From Candidatus Heimdallarchaeota archaeon (lineage in GTDB: Archaea; Asgardarchaeota; Heimdallarchaeia; Heimdallarchaeales; Heimdallarchaeaceae): a stretch of DNA of 64,000 bases. The stretch is from contig JAUVXV010000001.1 in NCBI GenBank assembly GCA_030603365.1, positions 480,001 to 544,000 of the forward strand, written 5' to 3'. Shown here piece by piece: positions 18,920-29,133 of this stretch (position 1 is the stretch's first letter; each line of letters begins with the position of its first letter). A model generated the notes under the pieces. The model worked only from the letters and a program-made list of their open reading frames with translations. It was not told where the DNA came from and did not search any database. The translations under genes and the position numbers were made by a program.

Positions 18920-19044
18920 ATCTGTATAAACAATCTCAAAATACAAAAACTTTGTTGAAAAGGAAAATTACTTGAGAAAAACAAAAAACAAAGTACTACT
19001 AGTAGAGTTGATTAAAAATAAAAGATGAAAGGAAAAAAGGGGGC

Positions 19045-19260
19045 TTAGTTATCAACTAAGAAGTAGAAAACACTTCTCATGTCGTTTAAGTTGCTTCTTT
19101 TGACTATTAACCCTAATTCAATTAACCTTCGCAAAGCATATCTTGCAGTTCTTGCAGGAATTGCTGATGCTTTAATTAGTTGCTTTTGAGTTAATGGTCC
19201 CTTTTTTTCCAAGATTGTTAATAGTTTCTTGCCTGAAACTGGTATTTCTTCATCTGCCAT
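19045..19260 (-). CDS. Small winged-helix transcription regulator
   Basis: GPLTQKQL..IPARTARYALRRLIELGLI..DMRSVFY; GGGGA RBS and TTTATA box upstream. Confidence 0.85.
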   Translation of the reverse strand: MADEEIPVSGKKLLTILEKKGPLTQKQLIKASAIPARTARYALRRLIELGLIVKRSNLNDMRSVFYFLVDN

Positions 19261-19290
19261 TTGGTTATTCCCCTTGCTTCGTAAGTTATA

Positions 19291-19370
19291 CGGATAAGCT
19301 CCCCTTATAAAAGCAATCTCAGTATTTTATCCGCAATTGCCTCAAGGTTTCTAGTAGGTTTATCCGCAAT
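19291..19370 (-). promoter_or_regulatory. TATA box flanked by three TTATCCG operator-like sites
   Basis: TTTATCCGCAAT at 19326-19337 and 19359-19370; inverted CGGATAA at 19291-19297; TTTTATAA on the minus strand at about 19305-19312. Confidence 0.6.
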
Positions 19371-19589
19371 AATAAGTTTATAGTTCTGTATTTAATACTC
19401 GATATTTTTCTCATAATATCTTACTAATACAGACTTGCTCCGTTACTTACCATTCACTTACATGTTTTTTTGTTATTTAAACACCCATTTTTCCATTTTT
19501 TAAATGCATGTAACACCAAATTGAATAGCTATTACCACAACAAAGCTTATATTAGAATGTTCGCTTAATGTATTTCTTAGTGAGCAACT

Positions 19590-20048
19590 GTGAGTCATAA
19601 AGTTGAAAGCTCTCCAGAAATATACCATTTAGCAAATCAACTACAACGTATTAACTATCTGGGTAATGTTCAAACTATTCAAATAGAATTTGAATTTATT
19701 CCTGAAGATAAGAAAGCTGAACTTGAGGAAAGTTTCACAGATTCGACTGGAATTGGTCAATATAAATCTGATATGATCATTCTTGAACAAATTTCTGGAA
19801 GAGATATGCTTGAGATAATCAACACACTCCATAATATCAGTCTAGTCTTTGGAGATCTTTCATCTATAGATGGTATCACTGCCCTTGTAGAGATTAGTTA
19901 TAAGGGAGAAACATTCTTTGTCGTCGTCTCATATAATCCTGCAACCAGTGGCTTGGAACTAATATCTACATCTGAAAGTCAATTATATTTTGAATTACTA
20001 AACTTCATTAGAACAAAATGGGCACTTTCCAAAACTTTTCTAAAATAA
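19590..20048 (+). CDS. Hypothetical protein
   Basis: 152-aa ORF, alpha/beta pattern, no recognised motif. Confidence 0.6.
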   Translation: MSHKVESSPEIYHLANQLQRINYLGNVQTIQIEFEFIPEDKKAELEESFTDSTGIGQYKSDMIILEQISGRDMLEIINTLHNISLVFGDLSSIDGITALVEISYKGETFFVVVSYNPATSGLELISTSESQLYFELLNFIRTKWALSKTFLK

Positions 20049-20062
20049 TCAGTGTTTGTTTT

Positions 20063-21169
20063 TTAAAAACTAATTAAGTTCTCACGTAAAACTTTCATTA
20101 ATAATCTTAGTTTTGAATATATGTCTGTAGAATCTAATGTGTCTCTTTTACGTTCAATTCTATCACTTATATCATACAAGACATAGGAAGCAATATGAAA
20201 TCCTATGGTTAAGTCACCAGGATATAGATCCTCGATATCAAAATCAGTACCTAGCTTTCTTAGTGCAAAATTATACCCACTAAGAAAAGCAAATATGTCC
20301 TTTTTCGTGTCATCTATGTTACCATATTTCTGAAACTCCTTCATGCATGGTTTTGCAAAAAAAGTTCCTATATCTTCTGATCTATCTCTTCCTGGCATGA
20401 TGAACTCGGGGTCTAAAATGTATACTTTAATTTTGGGGGGAAATTCTTCAATTGCATCTTGAGTAATTGTAGTTGCATCTGATGAGAAAAGTAGATTACC
20501 TTGATGAAAATCTCCATGAATCATAGTAGCTCCTAGAGATTTTTCTAATGAGACAAAAGAAGGTAACATCAAGTCCAGTATTTCTTCTTGAATGGAAGAA
20601 TCACCCAAAGTTGAAAGCAAGTATAGTATAAGTTTCTTATATGGTTCAGTAACAAATTGATTAGTTTCTGTTCCATGAATGGCAGCAAGTGTTTGTCCTG
20701 CTAGTTTGTGCTTGTAATCCTTGTCAAGTTTTGTTTCTCTGAAACTTGTTCCTGTTACTCCCTCATAAATTATACTTCGATTTTGACTGCTTTTATACAA
20801 TATTTTTGGGATATAGATGCCTGGAAAGTGTTCAGGAACCATTGATATGATTTCATAATTCTTAATCTCTTTACTAAACCTCACCTCATCAGCTGAGAAT
20901 TTGACAACCAGATTAATTGAGTGCTCTCCGATGTCGGTATTTAGATAATAAGTTACAAAATGAACTTTTGATTTTGATGTTCCTTTATCAATAGAATTCA
21001 CATCCTTAATCGAGATAACAGAAGGCATCTCTCCAGTAGTTTCGAAAATTTGAGTTTTGAAAACTTTTTCTAAACTATCACCAATTGTTGTTAGAATGGT
21101 TTTAAATTTCTGTTTTTTTCTAACAGAATCCGGAGATAATTCATTTTCGTCGCTACTCAAATTCAACAC
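20063..21169 (-). CDS. APH/choline-kinase-fold phosphotransferase (paralog of 44769-45815)
   Basis: LVVKF..E, IIYEGVTG, IHGDFHQGN, ILDPEF, EDIGTFF. Confidence 0.8.
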   Translation of the reverse strand: MLNLSSDENELSPDSVRKKQKFKTILTTIGDSLEKVFKTQIFETTGEMPSVISIKDVNSIDKGTSKSKVHFVTYYLNTDIGEHSINLVVKFSADEVRFSKEIKNYEIISMVPEHFPGIYIPKILYKSSQNRSIIYEGVTGTSFRETKLDKDYKHKLAGQTLAAIHGTETNQFVTEPYKKLILYLLSTLGDSSIQEEILDLMLPSFVSLEKSLGATMIHGDFHQGNLLFSSDATTITQDAIEEFPPKIKVYILDPEFIMPGRDRSEDIGTFFAKPCMKEFQKYGNIDDTKKDIFAFLSGYNFALRKLGTDFDIEDLYPGDLTIGFHIASYVLYDISDRIERKRDTLDSTDIYSKLRLLMKVLRENLISF

Positions 21170-21236
21170 ACTATTCCTTATTATGAGAAATTACAAAAAC
21201 TCACTGAAAAACTTAACTCTTATTCTAACCGTACTT

Positions 21237-21620
21237 TTAGATAAGGAGATTGAGTGGGTTTATCATGCCTATAATTTTTTCTCCATCAACAACAATCAAG
21301 TGGTTAATTTTCTGTTCTTTCATTTTTAGCAATGCTGCTGATATTGTTTCTGTTGCATTAATCTTTATAATAGGTGTTTGCATAACCTCTTTAATTTTAA
21401 CCTTCTTGAGATCTTGTTCCTGTGATATTACTTTTATGATGTCTTTGCTTGTAATAATTCCTATTGCATTACCATTAACTGTTACAAGTAGTGACCCCAC
21501 ATCAAAATCTGACATAATTGTTATTGCTTCTTTTAAGTTTTTTGAAGATTTAATGGATAGAGTCCCTTTTGTCATTACGCTTGATACGGGGTCATCCAAT
21601 TCATAGGTTCTAAGCGTCAT
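21237..21620 (-). CDS. CBS-pair protein
   Basis: VSSVMT..VGSLLV..GIITSKDI..VMQTP..INHLIV..IGMI. Confidence 0.9.
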   Translation of the reverse strand: MTLRTYELDDPVSSVMTKGTLSIKSSKNLKEAITIMSDFDVGSLLVTVNGNAIGIITSKDIIKVISQEQDLKKVKIKEVMQTPIIKINATETISAALLKMKEQKINHLIVVDGEKIIGMINPLNLLI

Positions 21621-21722
21621 TGAACTTATCTAGAATTAATACAAGTTAAAGATTTTGTATAGTTGCAATCAACAAGCAAACTAGCGATAAAGATAATTAG
21701 CTAAACTTGCTAACTGTTCTTA

Positions 21723-23276
21723 ATGGCTAATCCAGTAAGAATTATTCACTTCAGTGATACTCATATTACCCCTAGACAACAATTTGTCAAACCGAGTTAT
21801 GATGCAGCTCTAGAAGTGATTAACAAAACACCACATGATTTTTCTATTTTTACCGGAGATTTAACACAAGATGGATTGATTGAAGAATTTATTTTAGCAG
21901 ATGAATTAAGAAGAAAGGTTAATTCTCCAAAAATATATTGGATAATAGGTAATCATGATAGCAGAAGTGGAGGTTTTGAGGTCTGGGAAGAGAAAATTGG
22001 TCCTCGAGAATTTCACGAATTTTCTGAAGATGTTCTCTTTATAGGACTGGATTCATGCATCCCAGATAGAGATGGAGGAAGATTTGGGAGAGAGGCATTA
22101 GATTATACAAAAAAGATATTAATGAAGTATGGAGATGCGAAAATTAAGATAATAGGTTTTCATCATCACATTTTACCAATTCCAAAAACTGGTAGAGAAA
22201 GATCTAATGCAATTGATGCTGGAGATATGCTCTCCATATTACTGGATCATAATGTGGACGCAGTTTTTACAGGTCATAAACATCATCCTAATGTCTATAA
22301 GGTAGAAGACACAATCATTGTTTCCGCGGGATGTGTTTCTAGTTATAAAACTAGGAGTGGTGGTCCTCGATCTTTAAATTATGTTGAGATAACTCCTGAA
22401 AAAGAAGTGAGAGTAAAAACAATGGAGACAGATGGAACACCAATAAGAACTGAAATTAAGACTATCACTCGTCGCTTCAGAATGGTAGATTCATCTGGAG
22501 GGAAGTGGTTAAGACTTGCACAAATTTCTGGTACAGATTTTGGTACATCGTTTGATGGTCACTCTAAATTATTTGAGAAAGGAATGGACCTAATTGACGC
22601 AACCAACCCTGATTTAATACTTCATTGTGGTAATCTTACTTCAAAAGGAAGATCAAGTGATTATGAGATTGCTGTCGATGCATTTTCCAATTATACAGAT
22701 AAATTGGTTTTCTGTCCTGGTCCAAATGACCTGAAAGGATTCGGAGAAACACTAGTACACAAGTATTTTGAAACAGAAGACATCTATGAGAAAAACGAAT
22801 CCTGTTTCTATGTCTTGAATACTTCAGTTCCAGAAACTGAAATAGGAGTAGTTGGTAGAACTGTGCAAAATAGATTGGAAAGATATGTATACCACACACG
22901 TCAGGAAACATTAGATAAGTTTCACACTGTTGTTATGCATCACCATCTCATTCCAATTCCAGGAACGAGAGAAATCTCTGCTTTAGAAGATGCTGGAGAT
23001 GTTCTTAGACTACTTACAGATACTGGCGTTAATCTGGTTTTATCTGGGCATCTTGGAAAAGCTTTCTGTACAAGAGTAGAAAAAACTGCTTTTGTAAACT
23101 GCAATACTCTTTCATCACAAACTACTTCCTCATTTGAAAATAGTTTTAATCTAATAGATGTTTCTACTGAAGGAGCTATCGTTGTTTCTGAGATAAATGT
23201 ACCTTCTGACTTCAGAAGAATATTAGGTATATTTCCGGGGATTCTACCCGACAAAAACCAAAGCAATACTGTTTAA
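21723..23276 (+). CDS. Tandem calcineurin-like metallophosphoesterase (CpdA/Icc-like); second domain degenerate
   Basis: Domain 1: SDTH, TGDLT, GNHD, FHHH, GHKH. Domain 2: SGTD, CGNLT, GPND, MHHH, GHLG. Confidence 0.88.
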   Translation: MANPVRIIHFSDTHITPRQQFVKPSYDAALEVINKTPHDFSIFTGDLTQDGLIEEFILADELRRKVNSPKIYWIIGNHDSRSGGFEVWEEKIGPREFHEFSEDVLFIGLDSCIPDRDGGRFGREALDYTKKILMKYGDAKIKIIGFHHHILPIPKTGRERSNAIDAGDMLSILLDHNVDAVFTGHKHHPNVYKVEDTIIVSAGCVSSYKTRSGGPRSLNYVEITPEKEVRVKTMETDGTPIRTEIKTITRRFRMVDSSGGKWLRLAQISGTDFGTSFDGHSKLFEKGMDLIDATNPDLILHCGNLTSKGRSSDYEIAVDAFSNYTDKLVFCPGPNDLKGFGETLVHKYFETEDIYEKNESCFYVLNTSVPETEIGVVGRTVQNRLERYVYHTRQETLDKFHTVVMHHHLIPIPGTREISALEDAGDVLRLLTDTGVNLVLSGHLGKAFCTRVEKTAFVNCNTLSSQTTSSFENSFNLIDVSTEGAIVVSEINVPSDFRRILGIFPGILPDKNQSNTV

Positions 23277-23326
23277 GTTCGGAGAATCCTACAGCCTTTG
23301 TCGAAGGATTTTTTAAACCTAAATTA

Positions 23327-26300
23327 ATGTATAATTTAATGAAGCTTCCTAGTAGTATAAGTAAACGTAAGAAGTTCCCTCTGTACATTTTATCCTATTA
23401 TATTTTGATTTCCGTGATGTTCGCACCTATCCCACAGATTTATGCGTCTTCTGGACTAATGAATAGTTCATCACAATTCAGTGATAACTCATATCCATAT
23501 AATGGGGCTGATTATTATACAGAAATCTCTTTTGACTCTGTTTTAAGCCAAGATATCAGACCAGAGGAAATAGGCTCAGCTTATTCTCCTATCCAAGATG
23601 ATTCAAATACAGGTGATAGCTTTTCTGTAGATGATAATCTGGCGGTTGACCACCAATTCGCTTTAAATCTTACAGAAGATAGTGGAATTATTACTAATTC
23701 TTATACACTGTCAACAATTTCAGATTATACAAACACAAGTCTTCAATATGGAATAACCAATATGACAGCTGTAAAAGATTATTATCCAGTGGAAAGTCAA
23801 ACAAGTGGTGGTGCCTTAAGAGAGAAATTGACATGGTATGAGTCCGTTGCATTAGCTCAAGAATTTGAGGTTAAATGGGATTATGCTATGTTCTATGGTG
23901 CTAAGATTTTATTAAACTATATTCCAAGTGATTTTACTGGCATTTATGAATTAGAGATATTAGTAGTAAACGCTAGCACAACTAATCCTTATGGACCCAA
24001 TATGTCTTCTGTTTTAACATCTGATGTTAATGATCCTTATGACTCCTTAAATACACCTCCTTTTGGATCTTCAAGCAACATAAGATATTTTGATTTTACC
24101 GATGTTTTGCTTGAAAAGGGAAGCTATTATGTTGTAGCCAATCTAACTATAATTGATAATAATGATGATAGTACATATGATCACTTTGCATGGGATAAAT
24201 ATATTGTGGCTCCTTATGATGGCAAAACATTCGAAATGGATAATGCAACAAGGTCTTGGACACAACAGAATACGTACGATTTAACACTCATTCCTGAATT
24301 ACTTGCCTCTGATTCTAGTGGTCTTGCATTAACATTTAGTGACCCAAACGCCATAGATCTTACTGATAATTCAGTATCTATTACTTCTTTAACAGAATCT
24401 ATTTCTGAAACTGGATTGCATACACTAACTGCAAATACTTCAACGCAAATTACTTTCGACAATAGTTATGCGTTTGTTAAAAGCTATAGTGCTGCTTCTA
24501 TATTCCAAGCTTCTAATTCATCTTATTGGAATTATAGTGTTGATTGGAACATTTCATGGTATACGCCTTTGCTTTATATTACACCCTATGTTAACCTTGA
24601 TCGTTATCATTTTATTTACTCTCCTACGGATTGGCATGATACAACATTCGCGTTCTATTATAATGATACAAATACGATTCCTGGTACCAGAGAATCAGCA
24701 GGTTACAAAGTTGCTCTTGCTAACAACAACTCTGCAGGGAATTGGATCTTGTCCACGAAGAGTCCTAACTATCTTAGTGATTTAACATTGATGGATGATA
24801 CAACACCTACAGAAAGATATCTATTAGGTTATTGGATAGGTACTGCAACTCAATCTATAGGTTATGCTGGATCAAATATTGTAGCTAATACTCTTGTTCA
24901 AGGTGATGGCGCAGGAATCCCATATGATGTTACAACTGGAAGCTTAAACTACACATTATATGATGGAAATGGAAATATTATACCAATTAAAAGTGGTTTA
25001 CCGGGAGATCTTGTTTATACTGATACAACTTCTTATACTTTAGCTGGTATTACTCAAGTTAGTGCTGGTTTCTATACTCCTGAGATATCTTTTGATCCCT
25101 CAGCTTATGGAACAGATGAGCCAGGTTTTTGGACTGCAGCCGTATTCTGGCAAAATGGTACTGAAGTTGGTTTTTACTCTCAAAGAATTGTTGTTCAAAC
25201 TCAAACACAATTTGATTTTGTTTGGGAAGAGATACCATTAGAAGCTAACTGGGTTATAGATGATATTTCAAGAAAAGGTCTTGACTCTATAGTGGTCACT
25301 GGTTATTATTTCAATGTTAGTGAACCATACACAACAGGTGCAAGAAATCCAATATCATCAGCAACTGTGTCTTATAACGTTTATAATGCTACATGGAATA
25401 CAAATGCTAATTTAGATTATTATGGTTCAGCGGAATATAATACTTCAATATTGGTTGATTTTGATGTAGGTATTTACACTGTTGAAATTGCAGGAACAGG
25501 AGCTTTTCTTGAAACGAACTCAACAAGTTTCAGTTTGACAGTATTCTATGAACTGGCTCTAAGTCCACAATTTAGTTCAACTTCAACAAATTACACAGAT
25601 AATGCGATTTACTATATAGCGCTACATGATGTGACGGCAGATGTAAATCTCGATTATTATGATGATTTGAATGTTACTCTGTATGATGGAACCTATTACT
25701 ACCTGACTTCTCCAGTTGATTATAATTTTACTTATGATGGATCTCCAAAAGAATGGATATTAAATATAAATACTACTACTAATAGCTTGGACATAGGTGT
25801 TTATTCAGTTTATATTGAGTTATCTATAGACAATTATAAAGCAAATTACTCAAGTGAGGTAGTTTCAGATGTTTATACTTTCGAAATTACTGCACCTGAA
25901 ACAGAAATTCACGATGTAACAACACCAACAACAATATATGTTTATCATAATGTGATCTTTAAGTTTACATTGTTTGATATCAATCATTCTATTGACTTAA
26001 CAGGGGCTGTTGTAACTCCTTCTGCAAATGTACCAAATATCAACTTAGTTGTAGGTACTGAAGGAGTAAATTATACAATAACTGTAACAAACAGCAATGA
26101 ATTTGCTACTGCCATTGAAATTTCAGTTTCAGTAACATTGGCAAATTACCAATCAGTTACTGATTTTGTGCTTGGAGATCTGGAAGTATTAATTATTCAG
26201 ACAGAACTTGTTGAAAACGAGCCTTTTACACCAGCTGTATCCTATGTTGGATATGAAACAACAGTTGTCATACAATTCAATGATCTTACACATGAACAAG

Positions 26301-28336
26301 TCATATACAGTGCAGAATACATAACATTCACTTACAGTTCCAGTAGCTGCGACTTTGTTAGTTTAGTAGAATGGGGCTTTAGATATAACTTCACTTTCAT
26401 TAACAATGATGTTAGTGTTAATGTCATTAATGTAACTATTACACTAGGAAAAAATGGTTATGAAGAAGCTTCAGCAACAATATCAATACCAGTAATATCA
26501 AAAGCCACAGATGCTGATTTTGATGTAGGATATTCCTCTGATATTTCAATTTACTATGAGGAAGGTTTTACAGTAGGATTATTGTACTGGGATACAACAT
26601 TAATGGAGTATATCCCACAACCAGATACAGTTATAGTAGAAGGGGATATATCTGTCACCTTTGATCCTCCTTCAAACATAAGTGATACAATAATTATAAA
26701 TATTAACCCAATTGGTACTCTTGGAGTATTTTATCTCAACATCACTCTAATGGAACCAGGTTATGCTCCACAAATGCTACAAATATTCATTACAGTAAAT
26801 GAACGAACGACCTACCTTGATACGCCAATGAGTGAACTAGATATCACTGATTACGCGAGTGAAGATATTGAAGTTTTATTCTGGTATCAAGATGTAATCT
26901 CTGGTTATTCCAATATACTAACTGCGACAGTTTCTGCAAATTTTGATGTTGCTAATAGTTCCTTAGATATAAACACATATTTCACTATCGAGTATAATAT
27001 TCTATTAGATCAATATCATCAAATTATTTTTACACCAAATACCGCTTTAGCTGTTGGAACAGTCTTTCTAATAGAACTAACATTCGAGCAATATGGTTAT
27101 GTTATAAAAACTGTGATTATCCAATTGACTTTCCATTCTCCTGTTGATTATGATATAACAGTAGACATTGAAGGAGAATTACGACAATTGGACACTTTTC
27201 AGTTTACTGTAACTATCGAAAATGCGACTCAAGAATTATTATTCCCACTGAGTCTTAATACAATTCATAAGGCTCCTAATCCTTCTGGAGATACAGTCGT
27301 AGTTTTCTATACATTCTATTATAACGATGGAACTGAAGAGACTTTCAATGTGACGATAGCATTAACAGGTTCAGCTGGAACCTACACAGGAACCAGTGTA
27401 GAAATAGAAATTCCATGGCAGGTAACAAGCCTCAGTTATTATGTTTCATATACTCCAAGTGCTGAAAATCAATATGTTTTGCTTTCAAAATCGAGTGTAG
27501 AAAGTGAACCAGTAGCCACAGCATCTCCAGCTTTCTTAGCTTTGTTATCATTCCTATTTAGAGAATACACCTACTACATGGTTGGAGGATTGGCTGCTTT
27601 AGCAGTTATTTTCATAGCTCTCACAATCTACTTTGCAGTAATTAGACCAAAGAAACAAAAGAAGAAAGCATCCAAGAAAGGGTATCTTGACAAAATATCA
27701 AAGATATTAACAAGTGTTTTAGCTATGAGAAAAGTAATAATTGTCCATAAAGAGACAGGATTACCTGTTTATGAATGGGATCTTGGAGGAGAAATAGCCG
27801 TAGATTCGACTTTAGTTACAGGATTCTTGGCAGCTGTTTCTGGAATGGGGAGTGAAATAAGTGGAGGAGCAGCTGGTTCAGTAAAAAAACTCGACTATGG
27901 CCAATTTGTTGTTTCAAGTTCTGCTAAAGATTGTATCTGCGTATATCTATTTAGTACTACTGATGTTTCTGTTGATGTAGAGACTGGTTTAGCAAACTTT
28001 GTTGAGTGGTTTGAGAAAAGGTTCCAACCAATTCTTCATGATTGGAATGGTGTTACTGATGATTTCCAAAAGAATTCAAGACAAATAATGGATACATTAA
28101 GCGAAGAATTATTCGTTTGGACATTACACCCACTTTCAGTCAATACACTGAAAGAGAAGGAAGTAGTTAAGCTAAATCCATTAAGTCAAAGAATTTACAA
28201 GTTCATCAAAGATTACAAAGAAGTAACAATAAGTGTAGCTCTTGAATACTTCAATAAAATACCTCTTGAGGAAACATTATCAACATTATTCAACCTAGTA
28301 GATAACAAATTCCTTTTAAGAATGCGGTTAAGATAA
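23327..28336 (+). CDS. Very large single-pass surface glycoprotein with cytoplasmic longin-like + winged-helix domains
   Basis: Signal peptide; about 1400 aa beta-rich, sequon-rich ectodomain; TM YMVGGLAALAVIFIALTIYFAVI then RPKKQKKK; VIIVHKETGLPVYEW..DSTLVTGFLAAV..FEKRF..DWNG; C-terminal wHTH-like. Confidence 0.85.
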   Translation: MYNLMKLPSSISKRKKFPLYILSYYILISVMFAPIPQIYASSGLMNSSSQFSDNSYPYNGADYYTEISFDSVLSQDIRPEEIGSAYSPIQDDSNTGDSFSVDDNLAVDHQFALNLTEDSGIITNSYTLSTISDYTNTSLQYGITNMTAVKDYYPVESQTSGGALREKLTWYESVALAQEFEVKWDYAMFYGAKILLNYIPSDFTGIYELEILVVNASTTNPYGPNMSSVLTSDVNDPYDSLNTPPFGSSSNIRYFDFTDVLLEKGSYYVVANLTIIDNNDDSTYDHFAWDKYIVAPYDGKTFEMDNATRSWTQQNTYDLTLIPELLASDSSGLALTFSDPNAIDLTDNSVSITSLTESISETGLHTLTANTSTQITFDNSYAFVKSYSAASIFQASNSSYWNYSVDWNISWYTPLLYITPYVNLDRYHFIYSPTDWHDTTFAFYYNDTNTIPGTRESAGYKVALANNNSAGNWILSTKSPNYLSDLTLMDDTTPTERYLLGYWIGTATQSIGYAGSNIVANTLVQGDGAGIPYDVTTGSLNYTLYDGNGNIIPIKSGLPGDLVYTDTTSYTLAGITQVSAGFYTPEISFDPSAYGTDEPGFWTAAVFWQNGTEVGFYSQRIVVQTQTQFDFVWEEIPLEANWVIDDISRKGLDSIVVTGYYFNVSEPYTTGARNPISSATVSYNVYNATWNTNANLDYYGSAEYNTSILVDFDVGIYTVEIAGTGAFLETNSTSFSLTVFYELALSPQFSSTSTNYTDNAIYYIALHDVTADVNLDYYDDLNVTLYDGTYYYLTSPVDYNFTYDGSPKEWILNINTTTNSLDIGVYSVYIELSIDNYKANYSSEVVSDVYTFEITAPETEIHDVTTPTTIYVYHNVIFKFTLFDINHSIDLTGAVVTPSANVPNINLVVGTEGVNYTITVTNSNEFATAIEISVSVTLANYQSVTDFVLGDLEVLIIQTELVENEPFTPAVSYVGYETTVVIQFNDLTHEQVIYSAEYITFTYSSSSCDFVSLVEWGFRYNFTFINNDVSVNVINVTITLGKNGYEEASATISIPVISKATDADFDVGYSSDISIYYEEGFTVGLLYWDTTLMEYIPQPDTVIVEGDISVTFDPPSNISDTIIININPIGTLGVFYLNITLMEPGYAPQMLQIFITVNERTTYLDTPMSELDITDYASEDIEVLFWYQDVISGYSNILTATVSANFDVANSSLDINTYFTIEYNILLDQYHQIIFTPNTALAVGTVFLIELTFEQYGYVIKTVIIQLTFHSPVDYDITVDIEGELRQLDTFQFTVTIENATQELLFPLSLNTIHKAPNPSGDTVVVFYTFYYNDGTEETFNVTIALTGSAGTYTGTSVEIEIPWQVTSLSYYVSYTPSAENQYVLLSKSSVESEPVATASPAFLALLSFLFREYTYYMVGGLAALAVIFIALTIYFAVIRPKKQKKKASKKGYLDKISKILTSVLAMRKVIIVHKETGLPVYEWDLGGEIAVDSTLVTGFLAAVSGMGSEISGGAAGSVKKLDYGQFVVSSSAKDCICVYLFSTTDVSVDVETGLANFVEWFEKRFQPILHDWNGVTDDFQKNSRQIMDTLSEELFVWTLHPLSVNTLKEKEVVKLNPLSQRIYKFIKDYKEVTISVALEYFNKIPLEETLSTLFNLVDNKFLLRMRLR

Positions 28337-28464
28337 TTTATTATCAATACCTCCTTTTTTTCCTCTTTATTTTTAGTTATAAGTATTCCATTAACAAATA
28401 AGCTAGAAAAAGATAAATAAGGAAAACTTCAAAAACAGATTATTAACGATTGGGTTAGGTTGAA

Positions 28465-28962
28465 ATGAAACGCCAATTCAAATTTCCCGAAAATTGCCTA
28501 TTTTATTCTACTTATGTGTGGTTAGAAGATAGAGATAGAGGTATCTTTCGTGTTGGAATAACAGATTTTGGTCAATATATTTTAGACGACATTATCTCTA
28601 TAAGTTTACCTGAAACAGGAATCTTTGTAGAAAAGGATGAAGAAATAATCTCTATTGATTCAATCGAAGATACTCTTGTGATTAAAGCACCAATCTGTGG
28701 AAAAATACATGAAACCAATGATGAATTAAAACGATCACCTGAACTTCTAAACGAAAGTCCATATGAAGCAGGATGGATACTTGAAATGGAAATTGGTTCA
28801 GATGATGATTTGGATCAACTGATGGATTCTAACGAAATAATAGATCTTCACCAAGAAGAAATTAAAGACAAAGATTTCGAAGATGATGATTTTGGGGAAG
28901 AATCAAGTAATATTAATGATGAAGAAGGTTTTGAATACAATGATAACATCTCGGATTATTAA
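28465..28962 (+). CDS. Glycine cleavage H-protein-like, lacking the lipoyl lysine; acidic tail
   Basis: RVGITDFGQ, APICGKIHETN, PELLNESPYEAGWI; lipoylation site reads IDSIED instead of ESVK. Confidence 0.85.
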   Translation: MKRQFKFPENCLFYSTYVWLEDRDRGIFRVGITDFGQYILDDIISISLPETGIFVEKDEEIISIDSIEDTLVIKAPICGKIHETNDELKRSPELLNESPYEAGWILEMEIGSDDDLDQLMDSNEIIDLHQEEIKDKDFEDDDFGEESSNINDEEGFEYNDNISDY

Positions 28963-29133
28963 CTAGACGAGGTTTTATCTAGAAAATCTTAAATAATCTT
29001 TAAGTCTAATTTGACTCAAACCTTTATGGGGCGTAACGTACCTTGGAATTTTGATAACTTTCACCAAAAGCCCAAAAACCAATAAGTTAATGGTAACTAT
29101 TTTTTTAAACTATTATGTTAGGAGTATTGAACA

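Noticed and set aside
28465-28962. Calling this gene gcvH
   Set aside because: Lipoyl lysine is absent and no other glycine-cleavage genes are adjacent, so the symbol was withheld.
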